Shown here one piece after another: positions 1 to 11,796 of a stretch of 64,000 nt of DNA (position 1 is its first letter; each line of letters starts with the position of its first letter). A program made the position numbers and the translations under genes. The notes beneath the pieces are model-generated. The model searched no databases, was not told where the DNA came from, and saw only the letters and a program-made list of their open reading frames with translations. This DNA is from Geosiphon pyriformis uo1 (Eukaryota; Fungi; Glomeromycota), in contig JAAOMT010000703.1 of NCBI GenBank assembly GCA_016748015.1, forward strand, positions 1,114,255 to 1,178,254. The letters are read 5' to 3'.

Positions 1-290
1 CCCAAACAGTCAAAACTTGATAATTCCAATTCCACTATTATATAAAGAAATTTATTATTAATAAAACCCATTAAACTTCTAGTAATTCAAACTCTGGGAA
101 TTATTTAAAAACCTGAACATTCAAAGTTTGATAAATTTTAACTCTGCTATTGTACAAAAAAACTTATTGTTAATAAAACTTATTAAACCTCTAGCAATTT
201 AAACTCCAGGAATAATTCAAAAACCCGAACATTTAAAGTCTAATAAATTCTAAACTCTATTATCATACAAGAAAATTTATCTTCAATAGC
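1..290 (+). repeat. ~111-bp tandem repeat, ~2.6 copies, in gag-like region
   Basis: aaaacc(t/c)gaacatt recurs at ~108 and ~220, with a truncated unit at 1; following sequence aligns unit to unit. Confidence 0.75.
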
Positions 291-454
291 CCAATAAAAC
301 CTAATTCTCATAGTACCAATAAATTAGCAAAACTCACCTGACAGTCCTGAGTTAGAATATTGGGATAGAGTCACAATCCACTTTTATGTATTATATATTT
401 AAAAAAAAACCAATCAGTAAAAACAAATATGAATCAGAATTGGAACTTAATCCT

Positions 455-598
455 AATTCAAACTCCACTAATAATGACAATGATTCAAACTCTACTAATG
501 ACAGCAATGATTCAAACTTCACTAATAACAACAATAATTTAAACTTCACTAATAATAATAACAATTCAAATTTTGCTAACAACAATTCAAACTCCACT
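455..598 (+). repeat. 27-bp tandem repeat (Asn/Ser-rich), ~5.5 copies
   Basis: unit (a/g)attcaaact(c/t)(c/t)actaat..., visible as NSNST/NSNFT repeats in ORF 386-658. Confidence 0.8.
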
Positions 599-851
599 TC
601 AAATACTGAACAATATATTATGCTTCTAGATCTTACAATGGAGCAGAAATTAACTTAATTTAATAATAATAATAAAGACATACAGATACAAGATTTGAAC
701 TTGGATATTCTGAACAGACCACTATAGTTAAAAACCCCAGTTACATATAAAATTAAATTTAAAAATAGCAATAGAAATTATAGCAACAACATTGATACAA
801 AAGAGAAATTTATAATTTCACAGAAGTTCAATTCTAAAAAGAGAGAAATAA

Positions 852-1809
852 TATTACCTAAATAGAAAAACAAATCCAAGTTATGAAGAAATGTGATCAA
901 AAATATGATAATACAGAATAATACAAAAGAACACAGAATAACATATAATAACATAGAATAACATATTATAACATAGTATAACAAGTAATAATATAGAATA
1001 ATATGTTATAACATAATATAATTAGTAATAATATAGGAAAATGAAGCGATAACAGAAATAATGAGACAATAGTTAGCAAGAACAAAATAATTAAAAAGCA
1101 ATCCTGTAGAACAAAAAAATGTATAAAAACAAGTAGTTATAAAAGTTAAAAAAACAGAAAAAAATTAGACTTGTAAGTCATAATTATTAAATACTCCTCT
1201 CTTTAAGAATAGTTGCTATCAACCAAAATGGAGTTATATTAATAAAATATCTCTTTAATTCTTTAAATCCATGTTATTATTCACTACTTAATCTGCTGAC
1301 ACAATAGTTTTTGATTACAGTTATTAACAAGACACTTATTTTTTATTTTATTTTTGTTATTTCTTTATTTTTTTTCTTTTTTTTTCTTTTTTTTCTTTTA
1401 TTCTCTCTTATAGAGTGGCAACATAGAAAAATTGACTGTTTGGGAATAGACTTCATAATAGCCTGGTAAAAAAGGGAAGCTCTTCCTAAGTTTAGATATT
1501 AATATTATCTTGATAGCTTACTAAAAGAGTGAAAAAACACTGCCAGATCCTAATGACTGCACTCATTAGCTCAGAGAAGATAGTTCATATTCACATACAA
1601 AAAGTTGCAATACTATAAAACATCTTTCTGTGTCTTATAACCAAAGAACTCTACAGGTAAATTCATAACAATTAAACAGATCTTCAGAAACTGATAACAC
1701 TAACATAACAAACCAGCTTACTAAAAAAAAATCATTAAAAGCTTCTTAAAAATTCCAAATCTTAAACACTAAACATTATCACCATATTTTATTTAGTTTA
1801 TCTATAACA
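852..1809 (+). repeat. 3' LTR of element E (family-A type)
   Basis: starts ta(tg)ttacc after the PPT, ends tataaca; both ends and the U5 block align to LTRs 45368-46459 and 54515-55574. Confidence 0.85.
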
Positions 1810-4800
1810 ATAGTTATAAGCCTAATGGCCAAAATGAATAATACTAACTTGGATGTGAAAGATTTATCTTCTCAATGACAGATCTTATTTGGAAATTTGC
1901 TACATATAATGTTTGAGGTATTAATGTTTCTACAAAACAAAAAAATATTATTTATTGACATAAAAATTCAGATAATATGGTTTCTTTTATTATTAAGACA
2001 AAATTAAGATCTAGTGTTAGGTTATAGATTATAAACAAGTTTAATAAAGTAAAAATTTTCTTATCTGGTTTAGACAAAGAGTTTTTTGGTGCTAAGGTAA
2101 TAGTTATTATAAACAATTCTTTTGTATGTCATGTTTCTAAAATTAAAAAAGTCTCTGGTTGTCTTGTTTTAGTTTGGCTTTTCTTTAAAGACAAGTTTTT
2201 GGTCATAATTTTGGATTTATATGCTGGGGTTTCTGCTGAAACTAGATCCAGTTAGGCTTTAAAAATTAACTTTTTTATTGCCAAGACTGTTAACTTTAGT
2301 ACTTTTGCAGTTCTAAGTGGAGATTTCAATAAGAACAAATCTATAAAAAGTGCAAGTTTCAAGTTCTGCTCAGATTTGGGTTTGGTCAATTTCTTTGGTG
2401 AATATTTACTAATCAAAGCTTCTACTTAAAGCAATTTAAGAGGTGTTAAGAAAGTTATTGATTATATTTTTATGAGTGAAAATCTGTTATCTACAGTGGC
2501 CAGTTATAAGATTAATCTCATTTCTGAATTTTTCAATACAGATTACAAGACTGTTTTAGTTTTAATTAGTTTAGATGGTCTTTTAGATATTTGGTTAAAT
2601 AGTTTATGTAAACAGACAAACAAAGATTATTGAAAGTTCAAAATCAAAAATATGGATAATACCAAATAAGCAAAATTTAAAGATTATACTTCAAACAGAC
2701 TCTTAGTAATAGAGACTGGGTTTTCTATGACTAGAGTTCATAGTAATTTGGATATTATATGGGAGTTGTTAGAGAAGATATTGGTGGAGTTAGCTAATAA
2801 AACATTTTTTAAGTACTAGTTTAGTGAATTTGAGTGTTCCAAAAACAGACATTCTTTGAAATTTTTTGGATTAGAATTGCTGATTACTAAAATTGTTAAG
2901 AAGTTGAGCTCAGATAACATACATAAGTTCAATTGTTTTGCTAAGAAATAATCAATTTTGGATGGTAATGAGGCTTTTAAGGTTATGAACATGGTTCAAA
3001 TTGGTAAAAAATCAATAATTGTTCTCAAGCATTTGTCAATAATTCATAAAAAGTACAGAAAGTCCAAGCTTTATAAGTTAAAGTTAACTGAAGAAGTGTC
3101 TATTAAGAAGACAATTGAGAAATATATGAAAAGTTTTTGTTTTAATAAAGGTAGCATGATTAAAAGTATTCTGGACCAGTCTTTTTGCAAAATAGTTTTA
3201 GATCACTTAGTAGTAGAAGATAAATTAGTGGTTGAGTCTGATAAGATGAAACTTAAAATAAATAAAATTATAGAAAGATAGATAAAGAAGCAGTCAATGC
3301 TTCCAAAGATTTTCAACCTTTGGACTTGTTAATATATGTTTTTAAACTATATTGATAATAGTGTTTTTTCTGATGTGATAAAAGAAATTGATATGAAAGA
3401 GTTGTTTTTGGTTGTTAATAATTTGCCAAATAATAAGACTACCAAATTGTTAGAAATACCTAATAAGCTTTGAAAACACTATAGTAGAGAGATGTTGGCT
3501 TGTTTTTTGAAACTGTTGAATTTATGTTTGACTTTGGGTGTGGTCCCAACTCTTTAAAAGAAAGCATAAGTTTCAATGATCCCAAAACCTTATAAATAAA
3601 ATGGCATTTTAATGAATACTAAGCCTATTGTGCTAATTGAAACAGCCTAGAAGATATTGTCTAAAATTCTTTCTAATAGAATCTTATTGGCATGCAAAAA
3701 ATTTGATGTTTTTTATGGTAATAATTTTTCAGTATTAAAAAATACTTCAACTTAATCTCCTATTTTGCCATTAAGTTAGTTGTTAAAGATACTCTAAAAA
3801 AAAACAAGAAACTTTGATTGGTGTTATAAAACATGCATAAAGCTTATAATTTAATAGGCTGGTATTATTTAAAGACTAATTTGCACCACATTAAGATATG
3901 CAGTCAGTTTATCAGATTTTTTGGCAATATTCATAAAAATCAGATTAATAGAGTAATAATGAATTTTGGACTCTTAAATAGTTATAAAATACATGATAGC
4001 TTGAATTAGAGTAAGATTTTTTCTTTGCTTTTTTAGAAAATTTTCTATGATCTACTTTTGTGTAAAATGAAGAGGCATAAACATTTGTGTAAATATTATA
4101 TTAATACTAAATTTGTAGCAAAGACTAACAGAATTGAGACTGTTGGAAGAAGAATTTCTTTTTTAGTGGCTAGTGTCTTCATTAATGACATGATTTAGAT
4201 CAGGAGTTGTTAAGCTTTTACACAATATATTTTAAATATTGCCAGTAAATTTTTTGTTGTCAATAACATTTCAATTAATAATAATAAGACAATAGCTATT
4301 CTTATTAATCAAAGTATTAAGTTTACATTACTGTTAATTAATGATTTACTTATTTTGATTGCTAAAAAAAGTAAATTACACAAGTACTTGGACATTTTTT
4401 TGTCCACAGAGGGTCTTTTTAAGCCTAGTTTGGCTTAGACTTAGGTAAATGTCAGATTTTTTTGAATGTGGTATTAAAAAAAACTGTTATAGATAAGCAA
4501 TTTTCTTACTTGGTTTTAGCTGTTCTGTAGCCCATAGTCAATTATTAAATGCAGTTTAGTTTTGTTTTAACAAATATATATTACAAGTAAGATATGATGA
4601 TTAAAAAATGTCTTAAAATTAAGGCTAGTCTGCCATGTAATTTTTCCAATAAAGTTTTGTATCATTCTTCTCTATATGGTTTGAAATCTTTTAAATAAGT
4701 GCAGTCTAAAAGAAAGTTGGCTTTATTGGTCTTTTTTTTTAATGCCTATAGCATTTTTGAGCATTTGTTTAAGCATAAATTTTTGAATTTACAGGTTTTG

Positions 4801-6688
4801 GAGTGGTTCTTTTTGAATCTTTTATAGTTTTCTGTCAAGTTGTATGTTAATTCTGTAAATAATTTTTTGGCTGGTGTGATGAAAATCTTTTTGAAAAATG
4901 AACTGTCTTTGGCAAACAACTTGTTTAATGCTTTTTATGAATTAGAAAGGTTTTCAATATCTGGTATCCTAAAGCAATCTTTGTATTACAACTCTGTTTT
5001 TTTTAAAATGGTTTAGTGTTGCATTTGGTGACAGACTTCTGAACAAAAAAGAGAATATAATGAATTGGAAAACATTTTGGCAATAGAAAAAGTTGGATCC
5101 AAAAGGTCTTATATCTTATTGGTTTATGCTGGCATCTGAGTTTATAAGCAAAATTGGTTTTTTAGAGATTGGATCTGCTGTTGCTCCCAAATTGCCTGTG
5201 CTAAATGTCTTGAAATTCAAAGAGTTTTGCAATGTTCATAATTGTTTACTGAAAATTTGGTCTAATTATATTAAGATTTATACAAATAGGTTTTTAGAAA
5301 GTGCTAGTTCTACTAAAATGACAAGTAAAGTGGCTGTTTATTTTCTGACTGCAGATGTGAGTATTGAAATTAGAGTGCATGGGCTGTTGTTTTCTACTTT
5401 GGTTAAGTTACAGACTATTGCATTGGCTTTAAAGTGTGTTCTGTCTTTAAGTGCTATATTTGGATAACCAATCTGCAATTAGCATTTATGTGTCTGAGAC
5501 TTCATTTGCAGTATTTGATTTCCACAATTAATGTTGAATTAAGAGATTACAAATAGTCAATCTTATTAAGAATAAAAACATTTTAGTTAAGTGGGTAAAG
5601 ATTAAAAGACATTCAGGAATTCTGGACAATATTAAGGCTGATAAACTGGCTGGCAAGACAACTTTTTTTTTCTTTTCTTTGCATATAAAAATTCAGAAGT
5701 GATTTTTGGTTACTGAGAATATTGTTGTGTTTGGTAATACTTGTTATTTTATTTGTAATCTGTCTTGGTCAATTTGCTGTGCTTATTAGAAAGCTGGTTC
5801 TGGTTTTAATGTTGTTCTAAATGTTATAGTTAGGGAAATAAATTGGACTATTACTGTGATAGTTTGACATCCTAACTTATACATGCTCTTTGAATTTACT
5901 AATAAAAAATTGGCTAATCTGTGCACATATATGATAAAAACAATATATAGACAGCTACTGGTAGTGGTTAGAAAGAGATTATATAACAGGAATTATTCTA
6001 GGGTGTTGTGCTTACTGTACAATAAGGTGGAGTTTTCTGACTATGTTTTTATTTGTTTTGATAACATTGGTCTTCATAAGGACATTTTGACAAAAACTGC
6101 TAAAAAGTAAGTATTATTGTTAAATTTTTCTTACTCACCTACTTTTGTCATTTTGTGTTTACTTTTGATATATGCTTCAAATGTAATTCTGTACACTGCA
6201 ATTTGCAAAGACTTTGTGTTAAGAAATTGGTATGCTGAGGCTGTTATAATCTTTGAGGAAAAGAAAAAGATTACTTTGATTCTAATTAAATATACTTAGT
6301 TTGTGGTGGAGTTGCACTACACTAAAGTGTGATTAATTAGGTCTAAACATAAGGTGAATATAGAAAGGACTGGTTTGGTTAAAAATAATAGTTTGATTGT
6401 GACTTGTATTACTATATGGTATTTATATTGTCAAATAGATTAGTTTGTATGCTTGGTATTATAAAATCTTTTGCTGTTAATTTTGGTAGACACAAAATAT
6501 GTCATTTCTTTTCTGGTTTAAGTGGTAATGCTTTTATTAATATAGATATATAATATTGTCTTGACTGGCCCAAGTGGCTGGCCATATATAGTAAATGGAT
6601 AAACTGTATTTAGTTTAATCTACTTAGTTTGGTTCTATGTACTAAATAGCAGTTGGATTTTATTCATTAAATCTTATAATAAAAAAAA
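1810..6688 (+). mobile_element. LINE L1 (APE-RT-RNase H non-LTR retrotransposon); 5' part displaced by element E
   Basis: ORF1 tail ...DLSSQ* overlaps the ORF2 start (caATGA, 1875-1878); ORF2 remnants; 3' UTR; poly(A) at ~6681-6688. Confidence 0.9.
1875..6553 (+). pseudogene. LINE L1 ORF2 (endonuclease, RT, RNase H, C-terminal Zn finger), many stops
   Basis: WKFATYN and GDFN (APE); IPKP and FIND (decayed FVDD, RT); IYTNRFL/LQTIALAL/KIKRHSGILDN (RNase H); CLL...SDYVF-C. Confidence 0.9.
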
Positions 6689-6932
6689 TTAATAAATTTT
6701 AAATTTAATAAACAAATTTGCAAAAAACATAAAATTTTAATTTTTAATATTTATTTACTTAAAAAAATTAAAAAATTTAATATTACTATTTATAATTCTA
6801 ATAGCTATTTTATTATTTTAATTAATTACTTAAAAATTAAAATTATATATAGCAATATTTTTCAAAAAAAACTGTCATAAAAAGTTTTAAATTTTACAGA
6901 ATGAATTGATTATTTACTTTCAAAATTCAAAA
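6689..6932 (+). mobile_element. Fragment of old host Gypsy D (pre-RT linker)
   Basis: decayed NITIYNSN resembles KIPIYNNT of B; frame continues across the HAL TSD into 9228-9326. Confidence 0.45.
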
Positions 6933-9227
6933 AAATAAGAGGTTTAAATAATTTTTTGTCTTTTTAATTTTATAACTATGATTAAAACAAAAAATAAAAA
7001 AGCTATAATTATTATTTTTTTTATAGTAACTAATAAAATTTTAACATAAGAAAGTTTTTATATTGTTAAAGCAGTTAGACATAATGTTTTGGCTATATTT
7101 TTTTTAGTTATTAATAGTAATAAGCTGTCTTTAATGGCCATTAAAGCATCTTTTTCATTTTTGGCTGGTTCTTTACCAGTCAAAATTCTCTCAAAAAGAC
7201 ACATTTGGATTAGTCTTAGTGTTGCCTTTATTCTTTCTAAAAATCTGAAAGTTTTTAATAACAGATCAATTAACAAGCTGGTTTTCCTTATTATAGCTTT
7301 TATACCTAGTGCTGTTAGTACTATTTTTTTATACAAAATAGTCAAAAAAACCAAAAATTCAAAAAAGTGGAAGCAGTTGCTTGTTTCTGCTATTGTTATA
7401 CCAAACCTTTTTGTGGTTTTATCTGAGATCTTAGATGAGATCTCTACTGTTTTATCTGGCATATTATCTAAAATTAGCCAAAATTAACTATTGGTTGTAT
7501 TGCCAAATGTAATGTTTTCTAGCAAATCCATATTGGTTCTAGAAGCAAAACAATTATCTTCTATTAAGTCACTTGTTTTTGAAAGCTGAACTAATCAAAT
7601 AAAAACTGAATTATCTCTTCTGGTTTCTGGTGTTATTATTAATGGTGCCTGGGAAACTATTATTAATCATTAAAAATTTACTGGGTGAATAGTTTCTACT
7701 CTGATACTTAGTAATATCTTCAAAATTAAATTAGCTTATATTAGAGTTGTTTTTTAGTCTGTACATAGTTTCTTGAGTGTAAAGTCAGTGTTAAAAAACA
7801 ATATAAAGCTCTTTTGTGTGAAGTTTGCTTCCTAAAGTTCTCCAAATGCTGCATTTTTGGTTGAGCTTACAGGCTTTATTTGTTTTGCTACTTTTAAAAT
7901 TGCCAAGTTTTTGGTGATTTTTGAGTTTGGTTCTTTTTCTACTACTATTATATTACATAATATGTTCTTAAGTGTGTCTGCTGCTAATATTAAGTCAGTT
8001 CTTAATGTCTTTGATGAGGTTTCTTATGTTGTGCTAAAGTCTGCTGGTGTTTGGCAATACATAATTGTTTATTTTAATGAATTGAATACTGTTGTATCTG
8101 CTTTTAATTACTGGTTAGTATTAGTAGACAAAAATAGTGTTCGGATTTTTTTCTTTATAAATCAAAAAAAGACTATTCTGTCTTATAACAGGTTTAAGGC
8201 CAAGTTGATTAATCTTTTTTCTGGCTGTACTGCTTTTGAGATTAATAATATGATTTCTCAAGTTAGTAATCAGACTTGTTTCATTTTTCATTTACCTAAT
8301 TCTGGTTATTATTTCTAGTTTGCTCTGATTATATTTGGCTCTTAAGTTGATTTGGACTCTGCAGTTGTTAAGATTAATACACTAAGAAAATGCCATATTT
8401 GATAAAAAACTTTTGGTTATTAATGCTGTTTTAGATGCCAAGAGATAAGCTATTTGGCTGCAAACTGTACAGTTTTTTCACCTCCTTTTTCAATGGCTCT
8501 CAAGATGTTCAAATCACGTTTTGTGAGTAATATTTTTTATGTTAAGGCCTTTGCTTATTCTAATTCTTCTGAGTTTTTTTTATTGGTAGCTTTTGCTTTT
8601 TTTTTTGTGATTGTTAGTAATCCTCTGTTTTTTTTTTAGCTGATGTTTCTGGAATTTAATTTGATTAAGTTGTTAATTTTGGTTGAATTAATTGTTAAAT
8701 TTGTTGGTGTCTTGATTACTGTGTTTAAATATTTTATTAAGAATGATCTCACTTTAAGCAGTATTCTTAGTTTAAAGATCAATAAGCTTATAATTCATCT
8801 GGGTTTTTTTAGCAAGATTGTTAGTAATTTAAAAAGAGAAATAGTTTCTTTAAAGAAAAAGTGCTGCATGGATGATATTGTTATGTCTGATAATTTGAAG
8901 TATTTAATTAGTATAAATAATGATATGTTTTTTAACTTGATATTTCTTTAAACACATAAGCCTATTAGTATTAAAACTGACTTTTTAAAGACAGCCAAAT
9001 AACTGGTTGGATTGGTCTTTTATAGTATTGTTTTATTTAATGTTATTCAAAAGATGTTATTTTTACATAAGTTTTCTTCTATTGTATTAACTTAGTATAG
9101 TCTGAACTGATTTGAGTAGCAGGTTATATATAGAAAGCATATAAATTACACTTAGTTTAAAATACTTAGTTGTTTTAAAGTTCTAAGTAGTAATTGAGTT
9201 ATATTTATTAAACTTAATAAAAAAAAT
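6933..9227 (+). mobile_element. ORF1-only non-autonomous non-LTR element (HAL1-like)
   Basis: single decayed ~705-codon ORF, LINE-type 3' tail right after the stop, poly(A), candidate 11-bp TSD aaaattcaaaa (6922-6932 / 9228-9238). Confidence 0.8.
6978..9095 (+). pseudogene. LINE ORF1-like protein (RRM-like domains, CCHC knuckle, C-terminal extension)
   Basis: ATG 6978 in frame with ORF 7089-7487; GVWQYIIVYF..WLVLVDKNSVRI parallels LINE ORF1 GLWQK..VxF..; knuckle CFRCQEIS(H>Y)LAANC at ~8430-8468. Confidence 0.8.
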
Positions 9228-10899
9228 AAAATTCAAAATAATTTTTATTATTAAAAAATTATTTTTATTTAATATAAAACAATTAAAATTATAATTTAAG
9301 CAATTTATTATAAAATATGTTAATATTTTTTTATTTTATTACAAGTTTTACGAGTGAAATCCAACTGCTATTTAGTACATAGAACCAAACTAAGTAGATC
9401 AAACTAAATATAGCTCACATACTAACTACATGTGGCCAGCCACTTGGACCAGACAAGACAATACTATATGTTTATACTAACAAAAGCATTACTATCTAAA
9501 CCAGAAAAAAAATGACACAATTTGCATCTACCAAATCTAATAGCAAAAGATTCTATAATGCCAAGCATATAAACAACTCTGATTAACAACATAAATATTA
9601 CACAGTAGGACAAACCCAAAACCACACTGGTATTTTTAACTAAGCAAGCTTTTTCCATATTTACCCTATGTTTGGTCTTAACAATCCATACTTTAATGCA
9701 ATACAATTTCACCACAAACCTAATATATTCTATAAGGGCCAGAGCAGTTTTATTCTTTCTTTCAAAAACCAAAACAGCTTTAACATACTAATCCCTCATC
9801 ACAAAATCTTTACAAACAGCAGTATACAAACTCACATCTGAAGAACATATCACTAGTAAATACAGAACAGCAGAATTAAATAAATATAAAAGACTGGATA
9901 ACAATATCCATTTCTTAGCAGCCTCAACCAAAATGTCCTCATGAAGACCAGAGTTACCAGAACAAGTAAAACTATAGTCAGATAACTCCACTTTACTACA
10001 CAGCAAGCATAATACTTCAGGATAACCTCTGTTATACAACCTTTTCTTAACTGTAACTGGTAGCTGTCTATAAACTGTCTTTATTAAATATGTACACAAA
10101 TTGGCTGATTTTCTGCTAGTAAACCCAGAAAGCATGTGTAAATCAGGATGCCAAACTATCATAGTAGTCCTCCAATTTATCTTCTTAATTATAGCACTTG
10201 AAATAATATCAAAACCAGGACCAGCCTCCCAATAGGCATGACAAATTAATTGGTGCAGATTATAAACAAAATAACAAATATTGCCAGATACAGCAGTCTT
10301 TTCAGCAACCAAAAACCTCTTTCAAATTTTAATTGACAAAGAAAAAAAAGAGAAAGTAACATCACTAACTAATATATTAGCCTTAATATTGCCAAGTACA
10401 CCTAAATAGTCTTTAACTTTTACTCATTTAATTGAAATGTTTTTATTCTTAAGAAAATTGACTATCTGCAATCTTTTAATTCAACATTGATTATGAAAGT
10501 CAGACACAATAAAAGAAGCTTCAGACATGCAGGCATCTATTGCTAATTGGCTATCTAAGTACAGAACCATAGAGCATAAAAGTGGAACACATTTTAAAGC
10601 CAAAGCCACAGCATACAGTTTAGTCAAATTAGAGAACAAAAGCCTGGCTATCCTAACCCTAATATCTGTGTTTACAGCTGAAAAATACACAGCTGTTTTA
10701 CTTGCTATCTCAATAAAACCAGCATCTTTTAAAAATCCATTTATGTAGACTTTAATACAATCAGATCACACTTCTAACAAACTATCACAAACAACAGAGA
10801 ACTTTACAGAATTCAAAACATTGTTATTCATAGAATAGAAGAAGTATATTATTATTAACAAGTAGAAATTAGCCAATCAGAAGTAGACATAGTAAATGT

Positions 10900-11049
10900 A
10901 GAATTCCAGGATTCCTCTCAGAGGAATTGCAGAATTCCAGGAATTTCAGAATTCTCTGGCGAGGAATTGTAGGATTCCAGAATTCCAGAATTCCTCTCAT
11001 CAGGAATCGCAGAATTCTTGTCACAAGGAATTAAAGAATTGAGGAATCT
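10900..11049 (+). repeat. GAATT(C)/GGATTC micro-array in U3 of LTR B
   Basis: many g(a/g)att(c/g) units between CCAAT and TATA; also at 20231-20380. Confidence 0.8.
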
Positions 11050-11343
11050 CAAATATGTATATATAGCAGTAGCATTAGAAGCAAAAAAGACAGAATCGCC
11101 ACCAAGAATCTTTAGCTTAGTTACCACAATCCTCAAATAAATAATTATTTGCTATATCAAATTTAATTTTCACTATCAACACTTCATGTTGATAGTAACT
11201 GATACTTAATCATACTGGAATAATAGCTCTTGATTATGGCTATTGACAGGCTACTAACTTGCAAATCACCTTGGCTTATTTCTTATTTTCTCTTTTATCT
11301 TTTCTTTATTTTTCTTTGTTGGCTACTAACTTGATTGAAGGAT

Positions 11344-11463
11344 TTACTCTTAAAGGACTTATGGAGAAATAAAACTTACTTAAACAATACTTACTCTTGG
11401 AAGACTTATGGAGGAATAAACTTGCTTAAACAATACTTATTCTTGGAAGACTTACGGAGGAAT
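11344..11463 (+). repeat. 46-47-bp tandem repeat (~2.5 copies) in LTR B
   Basis: ttactcttggaagacttatggaggaataaa(a)cttgcttaaacaatac repeated. Confidence 0.85.
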
Positions 11464-11735
11464 TGACATCAGGAAACAGCACTGGTATACACTTATAGAG
11501 AATATTGTACCAGAAGAATCATCAACCATCCAGCTGAGCAAGCAATTGATAAAACTACAGTTTCAAAAAACTACTAATAAACTGTTATCTTTGAATCTCT
11601 GTCCATTATACAAAGAACTCAATTGGAAAACCTTCAGATAAAATACCTTCAGATTATCATCATCATCAATTGCTTTGCGTACCAAGTTATGAATTTGTTA
11701 TTCACTTGACACCCCAAAGAATCACTTATAACATT

Positions 11736-11752
11736 TGGTGCTTCCTGTAAGG
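11736..11752 (+). promoter_or_regulatory. Primer-binding site of Gypsy B
   Basis: tggtgcttcctgtaagg, 2 nt after the LTR; the same PBS occurs in family A. Confidence 0.85.
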
Positions 11753-11796
11753 TATAATCCTACAGAGAACCAGTACCAACAACACACCATTCAAAT

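Larger units (their letters stand above)
1..1809 (+). mobile_element. 3' part of an internally deleted, non-autonomous Gypsy derivative (element E), inserted into LINE L1 ORF1
   Basis: Gag-like tandem repeat, then a pre-dUTPase linker (ORF 386-658, similar to 15520-15774), the N-terminal part of dUTPase, a direct jump to the ORF3 C-terminus (ttcacagaagttcaattctaa), PPT aaaaagagagaaataa and an A-type LTR. No RT, RH or IN in between. Confidence 0.7.
10822..11733 (+). repeat. Gypsy B 5' LTR
   Basis: tgtta...taaca; CCAAT box 10873, TATA ~11058; aligns with 20153-21053. Confidence 0.95.

Noticed and set aside
11344-11463. CRISPR-like repeats (also 1-290 and 59375-59506)
   Set aside because: Head-to-tail tandem units with no unique spacers, inside retroelements, no cas genes
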